This document shows positions 30,934 to 39,142 of a stretch of 64,000 nucleotides of DNA, one piece after another; the first letter of the stretch is position 1; every line of letters starts with the position of its first letter. The stretch spans positions 17,683 to 81,682 of the forward strand of contig JAZDLX010000184.1 of assembly GCA_043801585.1 (NCBI GenBank). Direction: 5' to 3'. This DNA comes from a bacterium. Its GTDB lineage: Bacteria > Electryoneota > Electryoneia > Electryoneales > Electryoneaceae. Under the pieces are notes generated by a model. The model was given only the letters and a program-made list of their open reading frames with translations. It did not search any database and had not been told where the DNA came from. The position numbers were made by a program, and so were the translations under genes.

Positions 30934-31928
30934 ACCGAATTGAAGGATTCGGCCTGGCGCCCACTACCGCCGCGTTTGTCGCATCCTACGATCAAAATCG
31001 CGGGTGGAATCAGGGGAAATGGATGGAGCCCGGCGAGCAACTCAAGATTCCTTTGCAAGCCTCGGTTCTGTCCTATGGTCTATCGGTCTTCGAAGGGTTG
31101 AAGGCATACAGGACTGTAAAGGACACCATCCTCCTCTTCCGGGTTCGCGATCATGCAGAACGGTTCCAACGGTCCGCCAAGGCGGTCGGTTTGCCGACTT
31201 TTCCCGTTGAGAAATTCGTTCAGACATGCCGCGACACTGCTTTGCGCAACGCCGCGCATCTGCCACCGGTGGGCAAGGGGTCCTTGTATCTGCGTCCCGT
31301 GTTATTTGCGAACGAGGCGCGACTGGGCATGGGTCTTCCCGCGACAGCTCGCTTTGTTCTCTTCGCGAGTCCGGTGTCGGAATACTTTCAGGGTTCCGAA
31401 CAGGGTGTCAGCCTGTTGCTGCTCGACCGTTCCCGTGTCCCGGCTGGTGGCATCGGCTATGCCAAGTGTTCCGGGAATTACGCAGGGACGCTTTTGACAA
31501 GGGTTCAGGCGATGCATGACGGTTATGATGACGTGCTCTACTGCGATGCCCGGAATCCCGGTACCGTTGCCGAGCTGACCGGGGCGAACATTTTCGCCCG
31601 AATCGATGAAACGCTGGTGGTGACTCCACCAGCGTCCGACCAGATTCTTGCGGGCATTACCCGCGATTCGGTCATTCACCTGATGCGGGACCAGGGAGTG
31701 AACGTCGAGGAGCGCCCTCTGACCATAACCGAACTTACCGCGGCACAGGAATCGTTTTGCACGGGGACCGCATGGGGTGTTGTCGGAGTCAGAGAGTTGC
31801 GCCACGGCTCATCATCCATTCGCTTTCCCACAATGCAACTTTCCCATCAACTGGTGAAAAAACTGCAAGCCGTCCAAACAGGTGAACGTGCCGATCCATT
31901 TGACTGTGAGTTGATTCCGTTTGAGTGA
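30930..31928 (+). CDS. ilvE: Class IV (branched-chain-type) aminotransferase
   Basis: LSYGLSVFEGLKAY, LFR, LYLRP, AKCSGNY, GANIF, ILAGITRDS, TGTA. Confidence 0.8.
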   Translation: MNRIEGFGLAPTTAAFVASYDQNRGWNQGKWMEPGEQLKIPLQASVLSYGLSVFEGLKAYRTVKDTILLFRVRDHAERFQRSAKAVGLPTFPVEKFVQTCRDTALRNAAHLPPVGKGSLYLRPVLFANEARLGMGLPATARFVLFASPVSEYFQGSEQGVSLLLLDRSRVPAGGIGYAKCSGNYAGTLLTRVQAMHDGYDDVLYCDARNPGTVAELTGANIFARIDETLVVTPPASDQILAGITRDSVIHLMRDQGVNVEERPLTITELTAAQESFCTGTAWGVVGVRELRHGSSSIRFPTMQLSHQLVKKLQAVQTGERADPFDCELIPFE

Positions 31929-31938
31929 TCCACCATGT

Positions 31939-31966
31939 AAAACGCCGCACCTCGCAGGTACGGCGT
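31939..31966 (-). terminator. Terminator hairpin between the convergent operons
   Basis: Minus-strand ACGCCGTACCT-GCG-AGGTGCGGCGT followed by TTT. Confidence 0.55.
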
Positions 31967-31995
31967 CGCTTCCATTCTGTTCAGGGATTCGGTCG

Positions 31996-33606
31996 TTACT
32001 GTTCCGTTGGCAAGTAAGTATTTGCATCCGTTCGGATATAGCGGAGCAACCGATTGTTCTCCGTGTCGGAAATGTAGACAACACCCTCCGAGGTGGCGAC
32101 TCCCGTAGGTCCACTGAGGATCGGCCACAGGACTTTCACCGTGGAATCTGCCGCCACTGAAAGGTCGAACATCGTGTCTTGCTGGGCGATATAGGTTTGC
32201 AAAACGGGGGGATTCAGCAGATCCGAGTACGCAAGATCGAGAGATTGCAGGACGCTGGCGAAGGATTGTGCGGAATCCAGCAAAACCGTAGTAGTCCTTG
32301 CGGAAAGAAATCCCACGAGGTCCGGGTTCAAAACAGCGTCCAACTCGTCTCCCCGTTGCGCCAGGTAATCATCCAGTAACTCGCCGGCATTCAGGTCGAT
32401 AAATTCCGGTTCGGCGGCAACCTCACGAAATTTGAAACCATTCGGAAAGAACGCCGTCACCCGATTCTGTCTTTGATCCGCAACGTAGATCAATCCAAGA
32501 CCACGGGCATCCCGTTCGCCCACGGCAACCGACATCGGTCTGCTGAAATAATTCAGTTTCAGCAGTTGCGGTTCACCCTCTTCCGTGACCGAAATATCAA
32601 AATACCAGTTCGATCCCGTTCCCGTGACTTTCTGAACTTTGAAGTTGCCTGCTGACTGCGCGAAGAAAATCGAAGTCGAACTTCCACCACCCTGTGTGAC
32701 GAGACTGGTCGGAGAGTTTGCCGATCCCCGCCCCTGTCCAGCACCCACAGCAACAGCATGGTGATTACCAAGATATGTATAGAAGACTACTCCGTTATCG
32801 AGAACAAGCAAACGCTTGGGCAGCACCGATATTTCAACGATACGATCGTCCTGTTCATCGGTGAAGTAGATCATATGCGAATTGGCGCCCCCTGCGGCGA
32901 CATCAGTAAGTTTCGGTTTTGCTGCCGTTCCGATTGCGTAGGAATGATCTACATAGAAGAGATAAGGATTCGTTACAGATGCCAGTGAATCCGGGTCGGT
33001 CGTGGAAGTGTAATCGGCGACCACATAATTCTGGGCATCGAACATACCAAGCTGCTGATAGAGAGGCGTTGAATTGTCAAGGACTACAGTATCCTCGGTT
33101 GCTGGGTTCACAAAGGTGACCGTCTGAATCAACGCCTGAATACCTGTCTGGGCGGCATACTGGTTCCAGCAATAGATTTTGTCGGTCCCATTCACCATGA
33201 AGAGGTTCAGCTTGGTATCCTGACCAATTCCCCTCGGAGCATTCGACGTATCCGTCACCGAAGTGAACAGATTATCCCTGACTGTGGATCCAGTGGTTGT
33301 CAATTGAACCACGTGACCATTGGTGTTTCCGTCCACCTCGGTAAAATCCACTACATACATAAAACCATCTGGGCCGATTAAAAGATCGGCTGGATTTGTC
33401 CATGTGTAGCCGTGGGCTGCATCCCAATCGGGAGAAAGACGAACGAAACTCGTATCGTTTGCACCGAAGTCCTCAACCTTGTTTTCGATCGCGGTCGGCA
33501 ACGCGGGGTGATCTCCGCATCCCGTCATCATCAGTCCGGTCATCAGCAGAACCGCCAGGCTGATCATCGATGCGTTGGCAAATCGTATGGTATAATGCCG
33601 CATCAT
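31996..33606 (-). CDS. NHL-repeat / beta-propeller lipoprotein
   Basis: Lipobox MTGC; NHL-like blades PADLLIGPDGFMYVVD, IYFTDEQDDRI, IYVADQRQNRV, VYISDTENNRL. Confidence 0.75.
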   Translation of the reverse strand: MMRHYTIRFANASMISLAVLLMTGLMMTGCGDHPALPTAIENKVEDFGANDTSFVRLSPDWDAAHGYTWTNPADLLIGPDGFMYVVDFTEVDGNTNGHVVQLTTTGSTVRDNLFTSVTDTSNAPRGIGQDTKLNLFMVNGTDKIYCWNQYAAQTGIQALIQTVTFVNPATEDTVVLDNSTPLYQQLGMFDAQNYVVADYTSTTDPDSLASVTNPYLFYVDHSYAIGTAAKPKLTDVAAGGANSHMIYFTDEQDDRIVEISVLPKRLLVLDNGVVFYTYLGNHHAVAVGAGQGRGSANSPTSLVTQGGGSSTSIFFAQSAGNFKVQKVTGTGSNWYFDISVTEEGEPQLLKLNYFSRPMSVAVGERDARGLGLIYVADQRQNRVTAFFPNGFKFREVAAEPEFIDLNAGELLDDYLAQRGDELDAVLNPDLVGFLSARTTTVLLDSAQSFASVLQSLDLAYSDLLNPPVLQTYIAQQDTMFDLSVAADSTVKVLWPILSGPTGVATSEGVVYISDTENNRLLRYIRTDANTYLPTEQ

Positions 33607-33620
33607 TGGCTCGGTCGTCC

Positions 33621-34748
33621 TTAGAAGGAAAATTCCAGGCTCAAACGTGTCACCTGATCCAACAATCCGAATTCCGTATAACTGACGTCCACACTCATCG
33701 CCTTTGTACTGAAAGGCAGTCGTAAACCTGCGCCGACCGTCCAGGGATCCTCATCCGTATTCGCCTTGAGACCGCCGCGAATGTAGAATTGCCCGGCGAA
33801 TGAATACTCCGCGCCAGTGACAAAGTTCTCCGAATTGTCTACAGGATGGTTCAACTGGAAGGAAGCAAGCAATCTGTGGGGACCGCTGGCAAACAACGTC
33901 ATCGCGGCACCCACGCGAAATTCGGTTGGAGGACTGAATTCCGTGAAACCCGTCTCAACAATGTCACCGTTGGGGTCTGGCGCAAGGAAACTCCCCTTCG
34001 GACTGGCATTGGGACCAAAGTGCATCAACGCCACACCGATTCGCAGATCGCGGTAGCCTGTCCAGTAATAGGTGCCGATATCGAACATCACGTTGTCCAT
34101 CTGGGTATCGGCAAGGGTCTCACGAACACCCTTGAGCGTGATCCCCCACGAGAAGTTCTGGGTCATTTCCCAGGCGAACGTTGCGCCGATCTGCACGTCG
34201 CCGTAACTGTAATACTCGCCTGTGCCATCCGGGTGGTATTCCGTGGTGATTTCCTGGTCCGGTGCCTGCAAGCTGATGGCGGACACACCGATCGCACCAA
34301 TGCTGATCGGCATCACCGCGCTGACGGCGCTGTAGCTAAGGTCACCAATCCATTTGAAACTGACCAATCCCACGCTGTAACGTCCGCCGGAAAGCCTGTT
34401 GATTCCCGTTCTCGGTCCCTTGACCCCCTCGGCAGGACGCTGGGGATCCACGGTGTAAGCGCCGTTCCAGCGGTTGTAAATCTGCGCGATCCCCCCCGGA
34501 TTCCAGAAGGAAGCAAATGCATCGTTGGCAATCGCTACATAGGCACCGCCGAGTCCTTCGGCACGGGAACCAACCGGAATCTTGAGGAAAGTCATCGCCG
34601 AAGTGCCGACACGCTGATCACCGAAGTTCGGGAAAAGACTCTGAGCCTGGGCGGACGGTAGCGCCATCACAAGAACCAACAGGGCAACAATACCTGCCAG
34701 TATTTTGATGTTCGCAGTCATTGCGTTTTTCACGTTTCTGCGTCCCAT
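33621..34748 (-). CDS. PorV/PorQ-family outer-membrane beta-barrel
   Basis: Signal peptide; GTSAMTFLKIPVGSRAEGLGGAYVAIANDA..FWNPGG; terminal Phe. Start ATG 34748 just after the TonB receptor stop. Confidence 0.85.
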   Translation of the reverse strand: MGRRNVKNAMTANIKILAGIVALLVLVMALPSAQAQSLFPNFGDQRVGTSAMTFLKIPVGSRAEGLGGAYVAIANDAFASFWNPGGIAQIYNRWNGAYTVDPQRPAEGVKGPRTGINRLSGGRYSVGLVSFKWIGDLSYSAVSAVMPISIGAIGVSAISLQAPDQEITTEYHPDGTGEYYSYGDVQIGATFAWEMTQNFSWGITLKGVRETLADTQMDNVMFDIGTYYWTGYRDLRIGVALMHFGPNASPKGSFLAPDPNGDIVETGFTEFSPPTEFRVGAAMTLFASGPHRLLASFQLNHPVDNSENFVTGAEYSFAGQFYIRGGLKANTDEDPWTVGAGLRLPFSTKAMSVDVSYTEFGLLDQVTRLSLEFSF

Positions 34749-34750
34749 GC

Positions 34751-37513
34751 TCAGAACCTCACCGAAGTGCCGAAAAATACCTGTCGAGGTGCTTTGTACC
34801 GGCCGGGATCGACGAGAATGAAGCCCTGCGCGTTTTCCCATGACACCGGTGCCGGATCACCTCTCTCATAGGGATGACCGGTAAGTGCATTGATCTGGTT
34901 CGGCACTTTGAAATCAAATGCGTTCAACGCCTCAATGAAGAACCGCACACTGGTCCTTTGGGCAAGAGGTATCTCTTTGTACAGCTTGATATCCACGGTA
35001 TTCCACCACGGCGCCAGCTCGCTGTACCGCTCACCCGATTCCTGATAGTCCTGGCCTTCGTTGGTGAGTACGATCGGGGTATAACGTTTGCCTGTCGAAA
35101 GATCCCACCGCACGCTGCCACCCCAGTTCGTCGGCCAATTAATGCCGAACCAGTGTGGAGGGCTGTTTGGAGGAACCCTCAACCAGACCGTCAGGCCAAG
35201 CCGGATGGGGGTATCCCAGGCGAGGTATTCCTCACCCAGTGTCTTCTCCTGGATGTGGGTATCCGCAGCAGCCTGAATCGCCGCCGCAGCGCTTGAGCTC
35301 TTCCCCGTCGCTATCTGGTACGCGAAGTCCACATTCCCCGACCAGTAGGTTCCCTGCCGCGCCCGGAAACGCATCTCCAGGCCGCGTACACGCGCATAGT
35401 CCTGGTTGAAATATTGATAGTACGAGATGTTGCCGAGACGCGGGTTCGAGCTTGTCACCTGGAACGAAGTGGCGTAATCGTAAAGGTCCTTGTAAAACGC
35501 GGAGATCTCGAGCACCTGGTTGCCCGTGAACCGGTGCTTGATACCCATCTCGTAGGACACGGTTGTCTGGGGATTCAGGTTCGGATTTCCGAAAAGCTGA
35601 TAGGTGCTCGGGCTGTAGGATCTCAGCTTGCTGAAGACGTATGCGTACTTGGGCCGCTGGCTGAAATGCCCGTAGTTGAAAAAGAGCACATCCGAATCCG
35701 TCACCGGGTGGCTGACGCCGAGGCGGGGGCTCAAGTGGGATTTGATGCGACGACCAAGAATCTCGCTCGTCTCATCCATGTAAAGCTGACGCGCCGCATC
35801 GGTCAGAGTGATCACATTCGGATCGGCGATCGCGTCCTCCACGTACTTCCCCGGATTCCACCAATCGAAGCGGAGGCCGACGTTCGCGATCATCCCCTTG
35901 AACTCAATCTTGTCCTGGGCGTAGAACGTGCCCGCTTCCGACATCGCGGAATACATATCATAATCACCGCCGAGGTCGGTGGATGCAACCCATGGATCAT
36001 GGACTGTCAAGGATTGCAGTTTTGTCTGTTCGTACTCGATACCGATCTTCACCAGATTCCGGCTGTTCGCCTGACTGGTGAGTTTCCACTTCAACTGAAA
36101 GGTGTCGTTGTAGTGATCGTGGTAGGTATCACCGTTTCCGACATCCCACAGGCCGTCACCCGTTTTTGTGAGGATTTCGCCCAGATTGCCGACATCGTAG
36201 AAAACCGGAAGGTTGTCAACCGGCTGGGTGTAATCGGTGTAATACTTCCCCAGCGGCGCACTTGTCACTCTGTTGTAGAAATTGCCCAGGGTCAATTCAT
36301 AAAAGGTCTTTCTCGACAGAGTATGGGTGATGTTCAAACCGTGCTGAATGCCTTCACGCGAGATTGTATTGTACTGGGAGAGAATATCCATGTACTCCAG
36401 CGGGAAATATTTTTTATCCTCCACCACCGCGTCGAAGTATCCCTGATTGATCTGAAGACTCCTGCCGAAGTTATATGAAATTTTGAACGTAGGAATTGGT
36501 TTGTAGGTGTACTTCGCCATGATTGAATAATTGTTTTCTTCGCGAAGTGCAAAGGGATCCCATTGGTTTCGTATCGGAACGAGTTCGCCTGAAGCATTCG
36601 GGAGATAAGTGTCCGAGACATACCCGTATCCATTCAAGAAAATCGAAGACTTACCGGGTACGTCCAGCCCGATCGATTTCAGAGCACCGCTGGTGATCGG
36701 GTCGGGACCGCCAAGCGAAAATTCGACATTGTTCGTATTCTGGTGCCGGGAGGGCCAACCAGAGAAATTGTCGGTTTTCGTCTGAAAACTCCCTTCCCAC
36801 TCGTCGCCGCCTTCCTTGGTCTCCACGTTGACGAGGCCCGACATCGCCTGGCCGTATTCCGCGTTGAAACCGCCCGTGATCACTTCGATTTCCTTGACGG
36901 CTTCCGCGGAGATGTAAACGCCCAACCCCTGTCCGCTGATGGGATCCTTAACAGACAAGTTGTCGATGATGTACATGTTTTCGTCGGCCCGGCCTCCGCG
37001 AATGTGTACATCGCTGTTGTCCTTGACCACTCCCACCTGCTGGCCGATGACGTCGTTCAGCCCTTCGACGACGAGTTCGTTGATCTCCTTGCTGTTTATC
37101 GTGCGCGAGGTGGCTGTCTGATCCACATCGAGCAAAGGTCGTTCGCCGATTATGACAATCTCCTGACCCAGCGAGAGCACGGTGGGCTCGAGGGCGATGT
37201 CCACGGTCAGGATTTCATCACCCTCGATCCGCAGATCGGTGTTAAGGTACAATTTATACCCGATGGAACTGGCCTGAAGATCGTAGCTTCCCGGGTTGAC
37301 AGCCATGATGACATAGTTGCCGTCAAGGTCCGTTGAAGCGCCCTTGTAGGTGCCCTTCAGAATGATGTTCACGCCAACCAGCGGTTCGCCTGTCTGGGCG
37401 TTGGTTATCGAGCCCATGATTCGGCCGGCGAAAGCTGGGATCGCCGCAACCATCAATATGGAAGCCAACAGCAGAACAATTGCGGCGCGTGCAGTCACAA
37501 TTCTCCTATTCAT
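34751..37513 (-). CDS. TonB-dependent receptor with N-terminal carboxypeptidase-regulatory-like domain
   Basis: GEPLVGVNI..GASTDLDGNY; plug HIRGGRADE and ITGGFNAEYGQAMSG; barrel SPRLGVSHP, GNPNLNPQTTVSYE; ends PRQVFFGTSVRF. Confidence 0.92.
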   Translation of the reverse strand: MNRRIVTARAAIVLLLASILMVAAIPAFAGRIMGSITNAQTGEPLVGVNIILKGTYKGASTDLDGNYVIMAVNPGSYDLQASSIGYKLYLNTDLRIEGDEILTVDIALEPTVLSLGQEIVIIGERPLLDVDQTATSRTINSKEINELVVEGLNDVIGQQVGVVKDNSDVHIRGGRADENMYIIDNLSVKDPISGQGLGVYISAEAVKEIEVITGGFNAEYGQAMSGLVNVETKEGGDEWEGSFQTKTDNFSGWPSRHQNTNNVEFSLGGPDPITSGALKSIGLDVPGKSSIFLNGYGYVSDTYLPNASGELVPIRNQWDPFALREENNYSIMAKYTYKPIPTFKISYNFGRSLQINQGYFDAVVEDKKYFPLEYMDILSQYNTISREGIQHGLNITHTLSRKTFYELTLGNFYNRVTSAPLGKYYTDYTQPVDNLPVFYDVGNLGEILTKTGDGLWDVGNGDTYHDHYNDTFQLKWKLTSQANSRNLVKIGIEYEQTKLQSLTVHDPWVASTDLGGDYDMYSAMSEAGTFYAQDKIEFKGMIANVGLRFDWWNPGKYVEDAIADPNVITLTDAARQLYMDETSEILGRRIKSHLSPRLGVSHPVTDSDVLFFNYGHFSQRPKYAYVFSKLRSYSPSTYQLFGNPNLNPQTTVSYEMGIKHRFTGNQVLEISAFYKDLYDYATSFQVTSSNPRLGNISYYQYFNQDYARVRGLEMRFRARQGTYWSGNVDFAYQIATGKSSSAAAAIQAAADTHIQEKTLGEEYLAWDTPIRLGLTVWLRVPPNSPPHWFGINWPTNWGGSVRWDLSTGKRYTPIVLTNEGQDYQESGERYSELAPWWNTVDIKLYKEIPLAQRTSVRFFIEALNAFDFKVPNQINALTGHPYERGDPAPVSWENAQGFILVDPGRYKAPRQVFFGTSVRF

Positions 37514-39017
37514 CGAACACCACCTGGATGAATCTGCCTACAATCGCGGGGTCTTTGATCGTCTCCAAAGGTACCGTTAACAGCGTGTACGATTTGTCAA
37601 CCCTGCGAACGCAGACAATCGGTGTCCCGCTGTACTGCGGAGGACTTTTCACGCTGGGATCAAGGCGGTAGAGAATTTCGATCCCGGGTTTTTCAGCGAG
37701 GCCAATCCAGACGCGACTTACCAATTCGTCCAGCATCATCGTCGGCAGCCCGGTTCCTTCTTCAGGCACAAAGTACACGGTGTCCGCTGCTGATGTGTAG
37801 ACACGGGGCCGACTCAAATCATAGTTGATTGCGTACGTGCTGTCCGACAAATCGAGAACCATCCCGGTGTCCACGGTCATCGTCGTTAAAAGCATTCGGT
37901 TGCCGGGGGTATTGATAAACCCGTACATGGAGTTGAAAGCCTGCCGCAGCAGAGGTGTGCCATAGAAGGAATACCAGAGTACCCGCTTGAATTTGAGCAG
38001 CGTTTCCGAAATATCGACGGCGACATAGGGCAATTCAGTGCCCAGTTCCCAGGTGCTGTACACATCGCCTTCCTCGCCACCGTACAGGGAATCGAAAATG
38101 GCGCGGTAGAAATCCAGATGCACGTTCCCTTCATCGAGATAGTAGTCGTCCACAATCAGATAATCGCCTGCCGGTTGTTTCACCACCCACTTCAACGGAT
38201 CGCTGGCAACATGAGAATCCGGGAAATGAATCGTCGGAGACTGGAATCCGGCAAGGTCTTCCACTTTCAGCCAGAAGTTGTGTTCTCCCGTTTCAAGATC
38301 ACGAAGTGTTACGGTATTGTAGATCGCGTCCATCTCCTGCCAGGCGGTATCGCCCGGAAGCGGATCGAGGGCATAGTAAACTTTTTCAATGGTCTGGTAG
38401 CCATCGGGGTCCGTAGCATCCCAGGCAAACGACCGAACATTGAAGGTTTTGTAAGTCTTGCCAGCATAGGATACCGGATTCGACGCAAGACGGAACGACA
38501 CGTCCGGCCGGCTGTTGAAGACAGGAAAGGTGATCGTCGCAGGATCCGGATCGATCGCGCCTTCGTTGTCAACCGCCAGGACCTGGAATGTGAATTCCGC
38601 GGTCGGGGTGCGAATCGGGAGAGTGAACTCCTTTTGCTCAAGCGTTGTCGAATTCCAGGTGGAATCGTTCACCTGCTGCCAAGAGTCGTCATACCATTGA
38701 GTGTCGACGACGATCCCGAGAGTATCAGTGACAAGCAATCCCCAGCGATACTCGTAGCTGACGATCCATCCATCAGAATCTTCAGCCCACCAATGCATCA
38801 CCTTGTTACTTGAACTTGCAACCGGTAATACTCCCGGATCCGGTACAATCGACAAGTAGGTCTGCGGAGGACGATTATCCGAGCTTCCCAGTACATTCCC
38901 GGTCCGTCCATCCGCCCCAACCGGGTCGAGATTCTGACAGCCGAGCTGAACCAGCGCAATCAATGCCAAGGTCAGCACCGCTGCTAAAACCACCAAACCC
39001 GTCTTGCGTGCACTCAT
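37506..39017 (-). CDS. Uncharacterised lipoprotein with Ig/Y_Y_Y-like repeats
   Basis: Lipobox QLGC; two repeats (W..EDSDG..FQVLAVDNEGA.DP and WDATDPDG..FWLKVEDLAG); overlaps the receptor start. Confidence 0.7.
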   Translation of the reverse strand: MSARKTGLVVLAAVLTLALIALVQLGCQNLDPVGADGRTGNVLGSSDNRPPQTYLSIVPDPGVLPVASSSNKVMHWWAEDSDGWIVSYEYRWGLLVTDTLGIVVDTQWYDDSWQQVNDSTWNSTTLEQKEFTLPIRTPTAEFTFQVLAVDNEGAIDPDPATITFPVFNSRPDVSFRLASNPVSYAGKTYKTFNVRSFAWDATDPDGYQTIEKVYYALDPLPGDTAWQEMDAIYNTVTLRDLETGEHNFWLKVEDLAGFQSPTIHFPDSHVASDPLKWVVKQPAGDYLIVDDYYLDEGNVHLDFYRAIFDSLYGGEEGDVYSTWELGTELPYVAVDISETLLKFKRVLWYSFYGTPLLRQAFNSMYGFINTPGNRMLLTTMTVDTGMVLDLSDSTYAINYDLSRPRVYTSAADTVYFVPEEGTGLPTMMLDELVSRVWIGLAEKPGIEILYRLDPSVKSPPQYSGTPIVCVRRVDKSYTLLTVPLETIKDPAIVGRFIQVVFDE

Positions 39018-39071
39018 CTCCAACAGTCCTCCGAACCGGACAGAACGACTTTCCGATCTTCAAAAGAATCC

Positions 39072-39111
39072 CCTCCCCACGCATCAATCGTGATGTTGAT
39101 GCGTGGGGAGG
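39072..39111 (-). terminator. Strong intra-operon hairpin downstream of the OB-module gene
   Basis: 16-bp perfect stem CCTCCCCACGCATCAA / TTGATGCGTGGGGAGG, followed on the minus strand by GGATTCTTTT. Confidence 0.6.
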
Positions 39112-39142
39112 TTGAGAATCGAATCAATGTCAGATGCTTCTG

